Source of the DNA: Chitinophagaceae bacterium
GTDB taxonomy: Bacteria; Bacteroidota; Bacteroidia; Chitinophagales; Chitinophagaceae
Length of the DNA stretch: 64,000 bases
Direction: 5' to 3'
NCBI GenBank assembly: GCA_041740575.1
Contig: JBGSLS010000033.1
Coordinates: 96,529 to 160,528 of the forward strand
Each line of letters opens with the position of its first letter. Position 1 is the first letter of the stretch. Below are positions 1 to 9,900 of the stretch, one piece after another. The position numbers were made by a program, and so were the translations under genes. Under the pieces are notes generated by a model. The model saw only the letters and a program-made list of their open reading frames with translations. It was not told the origin of the DNA and ran no database searches.

Positions 1-336
1 CTGAATGATATGATGAAAACAATTCGGACCCGTACATTTTCTGCACCAAGGTTAAAAGGAATTGATGGGCTAATACAACAGCAAAATGAACAATTAATAC
101 TGACTTACTTAATGGCCGCGACACTTAATACAGAAATAAATTTTAGTGCACGAGCCATTATTAAAAATCAATTGAGTGAAATAACTACACAAATAAAGGC
201 AGCAGAAAAAACTGCAACCGATCCATTATGGAAAGGCCATTACCAACTCGCCATGATGCGTATGGAAAAACCTGAATTGGCAAAGCCTACTGTACATGCA
301 CCTTTACCTCCGGGCGCCCCAATCGGATGTGAGTAA
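1..336 (+). CDS. 3' end of a gene entering from the left edge; probably the C-terminus of a zinc-dependent metalloprotease (Bacteroidota met-zincin type)
   Basis: Frame is open from base 1 (ctg aat gat atg...). It ends in a helical segment followed by ...PLPPGAPIGCE*, an ending I associate with this family. The catalytic motif is outside the window. Confidence 0.45.
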   Translation: MNDMMKTIRTRTFSAPRLKGIDGLIQQQNEQLILTYLMAATLNTEINFSARAIIKNQLSEITTQIKAAEKTATDPLWKGHYQLAMMRMEKPELAKPTVHAPLPPGAPIGCE

Positions 337-374
337 GCAGCTGTTTTTTAATTATTGAAAAGTATATTTACTGG

Positions 375-2549
375 CTATTTAATATAGTGCAAAATGCCTT
401 CAAGCACACCATTTGAAAGTGGCTTTTTTGCAAAATATATTTGCTTATGCTTTCTTAATACTTCCATTTCCGGACTATAATTTGAAACAACAATCCCTTT
501 CCCTTTTCCTTTAATCATATCAATATCATTACCACTGTTGCCGGAAGTGATAATCTGTTCCATAGGCATTTTCCATTTATAACTAAGGTAACGCACGGCA
601 TTGCCTTTGCTTGCCCTGTAAGGCAACATGTCCATGAAGCAATTTTCTGTTAAAAGTATTTTAGCCCTAAGTTTTTTATCATCTAAAAATTTATACAAAT
701 CAGCCATATCATCTTCATCAAATGTAGGATCTACATAATAGCTTAATTTGAATCTCCACTGTGCATCATCTTCCTGTAATCGTAATTTAGGGAAACGAAT
801 TAATGCAGTCCTGAGTTCATCACGCTTCCATTGGTAATCGATATGGCTTATCCAACCGCTATCTGCAATAAAATTTTTAGTATAGAAAATTTCAGAACCT
901 GCAGAGCAAATAAGGATATCGGGATCAGGAAGATTGTATTGCTCAATAGCCTGAAGGGTAAGTTCTTTATTGCGTCCGGTAGCTAATCCAAATGCTACCT
1001 GTCCCCGGTTTTGTGCAAGCCATACTTTCAACTCATCAAGTCCATCGTGTTTTTCACCTTCTACCAATGTACCATCAAGATCGCTGATAAAAAACCAATC
1101 TGCTTTGGTAAGTTTTCTACCAAAATATTGCTTTGCCGTTTCCGGACTTTCCGCTTTAATAGCTTGTCTTGTTTTAAATACACCATGAATAAGTTTGATA
1201 TATTTTTCAACATGACTTTCCCAGCTATATAATACATTACTTCCCTTAATTCCGTTGGCAGAATATTTCTCCCAAACTGTAGTATCTGAAATGATTTTTT
1301 TCAACGCATTCGAAATTTCTTTTGGGTCTTCCACGTCAATGAGAAGTCCGTTATCACATTGCTCAATTATTTCTTTTGGCCCACCGGTTGGTGAGGCAAT
1401 TACAGGCAATCCGCAGGATGCAGCTTCAATTAAGGTAAGTCCAAAATTTTCACCAGGCGTTGCATTAACGAAAACGCCCTTTTTTCGTGCCGCAATCCTG
1501 TAAATTTCAGGTACTTCAAGTTTAGGGTCATTCTTCTTGGGCAATGCCATCTTTCCATATAAATCGTACTTATCAAGCATTAAAAGAAGCCGGGTCAAAA
1601 TCTCCTGTTCATCATCCGGCATTTCTGTAATATCTTTTCGCACACCGGCAAAAATGGCAAGGTTAGCCATGGCCTGCAACTCTTTGTCCTGCCCATAAGA
1701 GTTGATAATGGTTTCAAAATTTTTACGTTTATCAGCACGACCAATGGAAAGTATCAGAGGCTTGTCAGGGTTGAATAGGAAACGTTCAATTTCAGCATTG
1801 ATACGGTACAATGCCTGTTCCTGTTCAATGCTCATTTTAAAAGAAGGCATTTGCATCCTGTAAAAAGGAAAAAATAAATCATCATTCACACCGGGAGGAA
1901 GTGTTTCAAATCTTGCTTTAAAACGGTTCTCATAGAATTTATACTGTGAAGCAATTTCATCTTTCGTACTTACAATTACCAAATCCGCCTTTGCCATTGT
2001 CTTCTCTTCTTCCACTATCCTTCTGTCCATATTGAATTTCTCATTAATGGCAGTAGCACTCCATCCCTGATCTATCAATAATCCACGCTTTGTTCTTCCT
2101 AATGAGTGCCCGGTAGCAATAAATGGGATACCGAACATTTTACTCATTTGCCGGGCGATATAATTTCCATCTGCATAATGCCCATGTACTACATCCGGAA
2201 TCTCATCTTCCTGTTCAAGAAAACGAATCGTTTTATCAACAAACTCATCAAGATGTTCCCATAAGGTTTCCTTTTGCCTATAGGTATTTCCGCCGCATAC
2301 CATTCGCACAATACGGGCTTTATCATTTACCACCTCAATTTCTTCACTATAACTAGGTGAAACACGCTTATCTGCAATGCGCCGGGTAAATAAATCTACT
2401 TTACGTACTTCCGGATGTTTGCTTAATGCTTCAAGCAATTCCAATACATACTTCACCTGGCCGCCCGTATCTTTATCACGGCCAATTTCAGCATTATTAT
2501 AACGTATCAATCCATGCGGACTTACTAATTGAATGTAATATTGCTCCAA
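375..2549 (-). CDS. Sucrose-phosphate synthase-type GT4 fused to a HAD-IIB sucrose-phosphate phosphatase domain (SPS-SPP; mannosylfructose-phosphate synthase-like)
   Basis: SPS N-terminal signature HGLIR...GRDKDTGGQVKYVLEL, HGHYADG and GT-B motif ENFGLTLIEA, then HAD motif ISDLDGTL and GNSGND. The ORF is open to 2582; TTG at 2549 is the more likely start. Confidence 0.88.
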   Translation of the reverse strand: MEQYYIQLVSPHGLIRYNNAEIGRDKDTGGQVKYVLELLEALSKHPEVRKVDLFTRRIADKRVSPSYSEEIEVVNDKARIVRMVCGGNTYRQKETLWEHLDEFVDKTIRFLEQEDEIPDVVHGHYADGNYIARQMSKMFGIPFIATGHSLGRTKRGLLIDQGWSATAINEKFNMDRRIVEEEKTMAKADLVIVSTKDEIASQYKFYENRFKARFETLPPGVNDDLFFPFYRMQMPSFKMSIEQEQALYRINAEIERFLFNPDKPLILSIGRADKRKNFETIINSYGQDKELQAMANLAIFAGVRKDITEMPDDEQEILTRLLLMLDKYDLYGKMALPKKNDPKLEVPEIYRIAARKKGVFVNATPGENFGLTLIEAASCGLPVIASPTGGPKEIIEQCDNGLLIDVEDPKEISNALKKIISDTTVWEKYSANGIKGSNVLYSWESHVEKYIKLIHGVFKTRQAIKAESPETAKQYFGRKLTKADWFFISDLDGTLVEGEKHDGLDELKVWLAQNRGQVAFGLATGRNKELTLQAIEQYNLPDPDILICSAGSEIFYTKNFIADSGWISHIDYQWKRDELRTALIRFPKLRLQEDDAQWRFKLSYYVDPTFDEDDMADLYKFLDDKKLRAKILLTENCFMDMLPYRASKGNAVRYLSYKWKMPMEQIITSGNSGNDIDMIKGKGKGIVVSNYSPEMEVLRKHKQIYFAKKPLSNGVLEGILHYIK

Positions 2550-2631
2550 TACTATATCTCTTTGATGGCAGACAATATACAAAATTTAGCTTTGAAAGAA
2601 TGTTAAAATTAACAAATTAAATTTATATAAT

Positions 2632-4101
2632 ATGTATTCAGGTTCAGGATTCAGCGATTGGGAAATTGGTGATATCACGGTAATTATTCATAAGGGAGTA
2701 TATCATTTATTCCATCTTATCATTCCCAATCATGATTATATCGCACATGCTGTATCTAATGATGGCATGAGTTGGCGTAGGGTACAAAATGCCTTATTTG
2801 TAGGCAACCCCGGCGAATGGGATGATGATATGCTATGGACAATGGACATTTATGCATCCAACGAACTTTTTGAAATGTACTACACGGGCTTACAACGAAA
2901 AGACCGTGGAAAAATATCAAGGGTAGGACTTGCTATATCCGGAGACCTGATACATTGGGAAAAAGTAAATAATAATATTTTCCCTTTTGAATCAAAAGGA
3001 CCTTATTATGAAACCCTGTTTAACAACCCGCGCAATTGGCTAAGTTTTCGCGATCCTTACCGGTTCGATCACGATGGTAAATCCTACTTTTTAATTTGTG
3101 CCCGTGCATTTGAAGGCCCAACTTCACGGAGAGGTTGTGTAGGGCTGGTAGAAAAAAAAGATGATAAGCTTGAATACCTGCCACCACTGCTGAATCCTTT
3201 GGTTTACGATGATATTGAATGTCCTTGCGTATTTGAACTTAATGAAAGGTTTTACTTATTAGGATCTATAAGAGAAGACATAAAAGTAAGGTATTGGTTT
3301 GCAGAAGATTTTAGAGGTGAATACCATTCATTTCATGCGGATGTTATATTACCACAGGGAAATTATGCAGCAAGGGTTGTGAAAGATGGCGATCATTTAT
3401 TAATATACCATTTTTATTTTGCGAATGGTAAAATTGATGCGTTACGTGTATTACCTCCACCCAAACAACTTGATACAGACAGCCGTGGCCGATTGACTTT
3501 GAAAAGTTATTACCGATGGGACAAAATAGCATTCAAACCTATATATCAAATAGATTTCAATCATCCTGATGGTCTTTTCAAAAATCCAACGGCTACTATA
3601 CAAATTGAACAGGAAAGATGGAATCTTACCTGCAAAAGCGGGTATGAACTTTGCTGTTTCAACAAGCCTTCCGATAGTTTTATCTGGGAAGGAGAATTAC
3701 AGGTTGAAGGCATGGGAAAGCTAGGACTTGTATGTGATGCAGATGCAAATGGAAACGGTTATTATATTTCACTTGATGTAGCCAATGGAGTGGTGCAAAT
3801 AAGGGCATGGGGATATAATGCCGGAAATGACAAATCAAATTTCATTTTCAATAATCTGCAGAATCATCTTTTCACAACCAACACAAATAAGAAATTTCAT
3901 TTCAGGCTAATTCGTTATGGCCATTATATAGAACTTTCTATTGATGGCATTGTAAAACTTAGCCTGATAGACTATACCTACATGGGATCTTATATCGGTA
4001 TTTATTCGGCATCGTCATCCATTTCTTTGCAGCAATCCATACTCCGTTCCTTACCCGATCCGGTAAGTGAATATGCAAGTCAGGAAAATTCAATTTTATA
4101 A
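2632..4101 (+). CDS. Glycoside hydrolase family 32-like protein (beta-fructofuranosidase/sucrase fold)
   Basis: Clan GH-J motifs FRDP and IECP, propeller repeats (SNDGMSW, SGDLIHW) and a C-terminal beta-sandwich. The N-terminal nucleophile region is EIGD rather than NDPNG. TAGCTTTG promoter element at 2587-2594. Confidence 0.8.
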   Translation: MYSGSGFSDWEIGDITVIIHKGVYHLFHLIIPNHDYIAHAVSNDGMSWRRVQNALFVGNPGEWDDDMLWTMDIYASNELFEMYYTGLQRKDRGKISRVGLAISGDLIHWEKVNNNIFPFESKGPYYETLFNNPRNWLSFRDPYRFDHDGKSYFLICARAFEGPTSRRGCVGLVEKKDDKLEYLPPLLNPLVYDDIECPCVFELNERFYLLGSIREDIKVRYWFAEDFRGEYHSFHADVILPQGNYAARVVKDGDHLLIYHFYFANGKIDALRVLPPPKQLDTDSRGRLTLKSYYRWDKIAFKPIYQIDFNHPDGLFKNPTATIQIEQERWNLTCKSGYELCCFNKPSDSFIWEGELQVEGMGKLGLVCDADANGNGYYISLDVANGVVQIRAWGYNAGNDKSNFIFNNLQNHLFTTNTNKKFHFRLIRYGHYIELSIDGIVKLSLIDYTYMGSYIGIYSASSSISLQQSILRSLPDPVSEYASQENSIL

Positions 4102-4226
4102 TAACAGGGAGAAAAAATTTCCGTATTAAAAGATATAATACTGTTTACAAACCATCCACTTTGCTTTGTTGGGATGAAAAAAATTAAATGGGAAGTACTT
4201 ATCTTTCCGGTATAAATATTTCAAAT

Positions 4227-4787
4227 ATGTTTGGTTGGTTCTCAAAAAAAGAAAAAGCATCTGCACGAAAATGCAGGGACCTTGTTTGGATAAGCCGTGA
4301 TGCAAAATGGAAAGCTTTGCCCGGATTATTAATGGCAAAACAACCTGTATTCGTGTATGGTTGGTTCCCATCTACCATTGAAAAAGCAAAAAAAGTGGTT
4401 GCTGATGCAGGCTTGCATATTCCAATGCTACATGCATCCGATTTCAGCGATTTGTCTGCTTCAAATGCGACCGTTATCCTACTCGAACATCACCCATTCG
4501 TCCATAAAGAAGATGGGATATTGAGTGCCGGCTATCCAAAAGAAATACTGGTATTATCTGCGCTTGATGAGCCCTTATTTACTTATTTTGGCGGAGAGAG
4601 AATTATTTCATTAATGCAAAAAATGGGCATGGATGAATCGGAAACAATAGAACACAAAATGATTAGTTCGAGTATATTGCGGGCACAGCAAAAGATTAGT
4701 GAAAAAGTAATGGCTGATTTTTCCGCAAAAAGTATGGAAGAATGGTTTAGTTACAGCGGATTGCAGCATGAAGGACATTTGAAATAG
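4227..4787 (+). CDS. Small SecA-related protein (stand-alone NBD2 plus scaffold-start-like region)
   Basis: DLVW...AKW...QPVFV...AG...LHA and SALDEPLFTYFGGERIISLMQKMGMDESETIEHKMISSSILRAQQKI follow the order of SecA NBD2 and the following helix. Likely start is the ATG at 4227 (ORF open from 4188). Confidence 0.65.
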   Translation: MFGWFSKKEKASARKCRDLVWISRDAKWKALPGLLMAKQPVFVYGWFPSTIEKAKKVVADAGLHIPMLHASDFSDLSASNATVILLEHHPFVHKEDGILSAGYPKEILVLSALDEPLFTYFGGERIISLMQKMGMDESETIEHKMISSSILRAQQKISEKVMADFSAKSMEEWFSYSGLQHEGHLK

Positions 4788-4797
4788 GATAGAAAGA

Positions 4798-5397
4798 TTA
4801 CCGCAAATGTCCAAGGCTTTTCGAAGGGTCTTTACCTTTCAATGGTCCCCAAAATTTGAGCATTTCCTTTGTATCTGTTTCAAAATTACCGGTGGGATAA
4901 AATGGCTCACTCAGTACTATTTTGCGATTGCCAAAATCAAACCCTACCATTAAAATGGGAACGCCGGCTCCCACGGCGATATGGTAAAACCCGGAACGAA
5001 GCCGGTCCACTTTTTTTCTGGTGCCTTCGGGCGAAAGAACAATAGAAAAACGGTCGGTGGCATTAAAACGGTCCACCACCTGCTCCACCATGTTGCGCTT
5101 GCTGAAACGATCTACCGGTGTACCACCTAGTTTACGGAAGATGAATCCGAATGGTGGCTTAAACAACTCCTTTTTCCCTAAAAATTTTATGTAATGTATT
5201 TTCAGTTTACTACGCACCGCAAGCCCTAAAATAAAATCCCAGGCGCTGGTATGCGGCGCCACTGCCACCACCAGTTTGGGCAAATGATACGGATAATCAC
5301 CTTCAAACTTCCATTTGTTTCTACGGAGGTAATATTTCCAAAATTGATCAAGCAAAACGATATATTTTAAGCAGGTGCCAAAATAAGGAGTTTTCAA
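4798..5397 (-). CDS. 1-acyl-sn-glycerol-3-phosphate / lysophospholipid acyltransferase (PlsC-like)
   Basis: HTSAWD (HxxxxD) and PEGTR motifs. Confidence 0.85.
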   Translation of the reverse strand: MKTPYFGTCLKYIVLLDQFWKYYLRRNKWKFEGDYPYHLPKLVVAVAPHTSAWDFILGLAVRSKLKIHYIKFLGKKELFKPPFGFIFRKLGGTPVDRFSKRNMVEQVVDRFNATDRFSIVLSPEGTRKKVDRLRSGFYHIAVGAGVPILMVGFDFGNRKIVLSEPFYPTGNFETDTKEMLKFWGPLKGKDPSKSLGHLR

Positions 5398-5485
5398 CGA
5401 AATTAATTATGAGATAAGAAGGTTCTATGTTTAAAACTTTTGGCAGCATCAATCCTTGTTACTTTGCAGCTTCTTTAAAAAAGGT

Positions 5486-6376
5486 ATGAATAAAATTAAT
5501 AAAGCGCATTTGGCCGTACTTGGTGCTAACATCATTTATGGTGTAAGCTTTAGTGCGGTAAAAATGCTTACCACACAATTCATGCCTGCCTTTTCCTTAA
5601 ACCTTGTGCGTATTGGTGTAAGTGCACCACTTTTCTGGCTATTATTTGCCATGAAACCTTCCAAAGCAGGCATTCAAAGGGAGGATATCCCACGTTTTTT
5701 TTGGTGTGCGGTTACAGGTGTTGCCATTAATCAGCTCATGTTTATCAAAGGCCTGTCACTTACCACTTCCATACATGCATCTATTCTGTCGTTGGTTTCA
5801 CCCATATTTATTACGGCAGCAGCAGGTTGGTTACTCAAAGAAAGATTTACCCCGTTGAAAGCCATTGGGCTTGCGCTGGGAATAGGGGGAGCATTTATGA
5901 TAGTTTCGGGCAGGCAACAAAACAGTGCGCCGGGCGAAAACATGCTGTTGGGTGATATATTGATTATCATAAATGCTATTAGTTACTCCATCTATTTTGT
6001 AATCGTAAAACCACTCATGTTGCGCTATCACCCCATCCATGTGGTTAGGTGGATCTTTACCTTTGGGGTATTCCTTATTTTACCCTTTGGCATCGGCGAT
6101 TTTTTACGAACCGACTTTTCGGCGTTTTCAACCGCTGCGTGGCTGGCACTTGCGTTAGTGGTTTTAGGAACCACATTTCTTGCTTATATCCTCAATATTT
6201 TCGGGTTAAAATACCTGGGCGCAGGCATTACGGGGACTTACATTTATACGCAGCCGCTTTTTGCTTCTATTTTAGGCATTACTTTACTGGGGGAAAGCTT
6301 TACGCTTGGCCTTGGTATAGCGGCAGCCATGATTGCAGCAGGTGTGTTATTTGCAACCATGGGTAAACCAAAATAA
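5486..6376 (+). CDS. DMT/EamA family transporter
   Basis: About ten hydrophobic segments in two EamA repeats. Likely start ATG 5486. Confidence 0.85.
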   Translation: MNKINKAHLAVLGANIIYGVSFSAVKMLTTQFMPAFSLNLVRIGVSAPLFWLLFAMKPSKAGIQREDIPRFFWCAVTGVAINQLMFIKGLSLTTSIHASILSLVSPIFITAAAGWLLKERFTPLKAIGLALGIGGAFMIVSGRQQNSAPGENMLLGDILIIINAISYSIYFVIVKPLMLRYHPIHVVRWIFTFGVFLILPFGIGDFLRTDFSAFSTAAWLALALVVLGTTFLAYILNIFGLKYLGAGITGTYIYTQPLFASILGITLLGESFTLGLGIAAAMIAAGVLFATMGKPK

Positions 6377-6384
6377 TTAAAAGA

Positions 6385-6882
6385 TTATTTAGCTGCTTTG
6401 GGATAATCGAACAGTAATAATTTTTTGCTGACTTCCCTGAAATTTTTCCATGTTTCAATATTGGCTTTAACACCCAATACACCACATGTTGGCATATTAT
6501 CCAATTGTACCACCTTAAGCATATTCACAAAATAAGTAATGCCGGGGTTGTGTGAAAATATGGCTACGCTTTCCCATTTATCATTAAGATCATTTTCAAT
6601 TACTTCAAAGAATGTTTCTGCAGGCGCATGGTATAAATGCTTAAGTGTAATTATCCCGTTATTCTTTATTCCAAATTGTTTGGCAAAATATTGTGCGGTA
6701 GTAAGCGCACGAACAGCAGGGCTGCTGATAATTGCATCAAGCCTTATGCCATTCTCCCACAATCGCTTTGCCATTACAGGTGCATCACGCAATCCACGAT
6801 CATTCAGCGGGCGGTCAAAGTCGGTTTGGCCGGATTGTTCCCAGCTACTTTTTGCATGCCGTATTACAAATAGTTGTTTCAT
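6385..6882 (-). CDS. sixA: Histidine phosphatase, SixA family
   Basis: RHAKS, RPLNDRG, SSPAVRALTTA and SHNPG motifs. Confidence 0.85.
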   Translation of the reverse strand: MKQLFVIRHAKSSWEQSGQTDFDRPLNDRGLRDAPVMAKRLWENGIRLDAIISSPAVRALTTAQYFAKQFGIKNNGIITLKHLYHAPAETFFEVIENDLNDKWESVAIFSHNPGITYFVNMLKVVQLDNMPTCGVLGVKANIETWKNFREVSKKLLLFDYPKAAK

Positions 6883-6924
6883 TTTGCTAGTATAAAAATG
6901 ATGATCTTCTACAAATATAAAAAA

Positions 6925-6948
6925 TCCTGCATAGAAAACTATGCAGGA
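6925..6948 (-). terminator. Intrinsic terminator of the choice-of-anchor-I gene
   Basis: Perfect 10-bp stem TCCTGCATAG-AAAA-CTATGCAGGA followed by a U-tract on the minus strand. Confidence 0.8.
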
Positions 6949-6980
6949 CTTAATTCGTATTTCACTTTATCGATGAAGCG

Positions 6981-9900
6981 TTATGGTTGTATGTAAACCG
7001 CTTGTGTACTATATCCGGTAATCTGTAAATAATACATGCCGGGTGCAATCTGCCTGTTTACATTAATGGTTGCAGCACCACCAGTTGGTTGTACGTTACC
7101 ACTCCAAATTACACGACCCTGTACATCTACCAATCGCATTTGCACTGCGCGGTTTAATGAACCGGTGTTCGTAAGCTTAATCATATTTCCACGAACCGGA
7201 TTAGGTGCAATCGTCCATGTAATAACATTGGTACCCAATTCAACCCATCTAACACCTTTGTAAGCCAATTTACCATCCTTATCTTCCTGGCTTAACCGGT
7301 AGAATATTTTTCCTATGCCAGGTTTACCATCGGTTAGATTGTAATCCTGACGAATGTTTGCATCACCCTTAGAATTTACTTTTGCAATATTGGTATAGTT
7401 AATACCATCAATACTCTTTTCAATATTGAAATGGCTGTTGTTTAATTCCGAAGCGGTAGCCCACTGAAGTAATACCGTACCATTGGTTTGTGCCTTTGCA
7501 TCAAAAGTCAGCAAATTAACAGGGGTTGTAATGGCTCCTTTCACTGAATAGATAGTGATGTTTCCACTTACCTCATTGGTAATTACGAGATATGCTTTTC
7601 CGTCAGGGCTTGTTTCGGGCGAAATGTAGATGAGTGTTTCCGGACCTAAATCACCACCAAAAGTTACAGGATTGCGGTTGTTCTTATAATCAACCAATTT
7701 GGCACTCATCGGGTCATTAATGTTATATACCATTACACCACCTATTCGCTCAAGCGCTACAAATGCATACTGCTGACCATTGATGGTTGCAAGCACAAGG
7801 CCTTCGGGTTCAGGCCCTTTTGCACGGCTGCGTCCTTTACGGTTATTGTTTTCATGATCGCTATTAAAAATGGCTCCAAAAACAGGATGTTGTGATGTAT
7901 AGAGTTCAATCTCATCTTTACTGTCATAAACCTGTGCACCGGTTTGTGCATCCCAAATGCTGAATGAGCGCGAACCTACTGTATAAATTTCATCAAAATC
8001 ACCATCACCATCGGTATCACCATTCAAATTTGTAATACGCATACGGCCAAGATTATAGCTTTGTTTGAGCATAGAAGCATGTGGGAACATATCGGGATCA
8101 AGGATGGTACTATTGGCTCCAACGGTAGTTCTTTCATTTAATCCGGCAAGTTCTTTTTCATCACCTTCATTGGCTGTAACCAAATACGTTCTTCCGCCTA
8201 CTGAATAGTTGCCAATGGCATCGCTCATATAAAAACTCTTGAGCGGCCAGTTTGAAATTAACACCTGCCCATTATTATCCGAAGCATCAAGACCTGTAAA
8301 TACCGTATTAAAATCTTTGGTTCCCTGTGCCCGGATGCGTACGATGGTATTTGTTACCAGGTTTACTTCAGCAATGGAATTATTTTCCTGTAAGGTCACC
8401 CATGCTTTTTTACTATCAGGTGAGATGGTAATATACTCAGGTTCCAAATCCTGCGAAAGTGTACTTGTGGCTTTGGTTTTACGCACTCCATTTGCAATTA
8501 AATTAATTTCATTGGCATTGAAAGCCGTAAAGTTTAAGGTGGCAACATTTGCTTGCGTGAGACCGGGGATACCACCGCTGATATCAATTACACTCACCGA
8601 ACCTTCGGGATCAATAGTGTACGCATCATTAGGTTGCCCTTCGTTGGCAGTAAGCACCTTATTTCCATCAGGGCTAAAGGTTACCATATCAGGCAAAACA
8701 CCTACGGTTACCTGTTTTAAGAAATCGCCATTGGTGTTAAAGAATACAACAGAACCATTCGCCATTGCATCATTATTAGGAACTGCGGCAGCTACAATTC
8801 CATTCATAGCCGCTACACTTGTAATAGAACTTCCGTAGGGCAGCATATCAATAGACTTAACCAATGTTACGGCTGCGGGATTGGTGAAATCTGCAACATC
8901 AAGCCTGCTTTGAACACCACTGGTTATAAATAAGCGCTTTGATGCAATATCATAGGCCACCACTTCTGCCGAACTTCCGGCTGGGTTCACAGCTTTAAAT
9001 GAGCTTACATATTCAAGTTCTATTTCCTTGGTAGTTTCAGGCGCTTTACGATCGTCGTCCTTTATAAATATGGTGGCCATTGAATTACCATTTACCACTA
9101 ATCCCGTTGGATTTTCGAGGCTTAACACAAAATACTCGTCCATTTCACTTGCCACATCATTTATAATGGGAATACTAACCGTTTGTGTGCTATTACTTGC
9201 ACCGGTAAAATTGAGCATAGTTGTGCTGTAAGTGAAATCCGAAATGGGCATAGCATTACTCCATGGAGAAGGCTTCAATACAAGGTTTACACTGGAAGCA
9301 GAAGGATTATTTAATGTAAACTCAACATTCAATATTCCTGAAGCTTCATTGGTAACAACAAAGTTTTGTTTGAATGAAATGGTAGTGTTGTAGGAGAACA
9401 TGAACATGTATGGTGCAGCAATGGGAATACCCAATGCATCCGTAACTCCATTCACTGTAAGTGTATATGAATTACCGGGAGTAAACGGAACAGAATATAC
9501 AAGCGTAACCGTATCACGTAATGAACCATTATCGGTTCTTGTAGCCGTAGCAAGATTTGCAATACCCATATAATTGGCAATATTCGTAACACTTGCTTCA
9601 TTCATATCTTCACTAAACACAATCCGTAAGGTCGTTTGATTCATTACCGAAGCCGACACAACGGTTGGTGCGCCACCAAAACTATAAACCGGCCAATCCT
9701 GTGCAGGCGTTCCGCCTGCAGCAGTAACCCAATTCAGCGGATTTAATATGGCTGCTTTTAAAACAGCAGGTGAACCTTCCTGTGGACCATTATAATATGC
9801 ATTCACTACATTACCACTTACTGCCTGTGGATGTGTGGACATATTCAATGCTGTAGATCCATCGGTAAGTCCTGCAGGTATCATGCTTAAACTTCCACTG

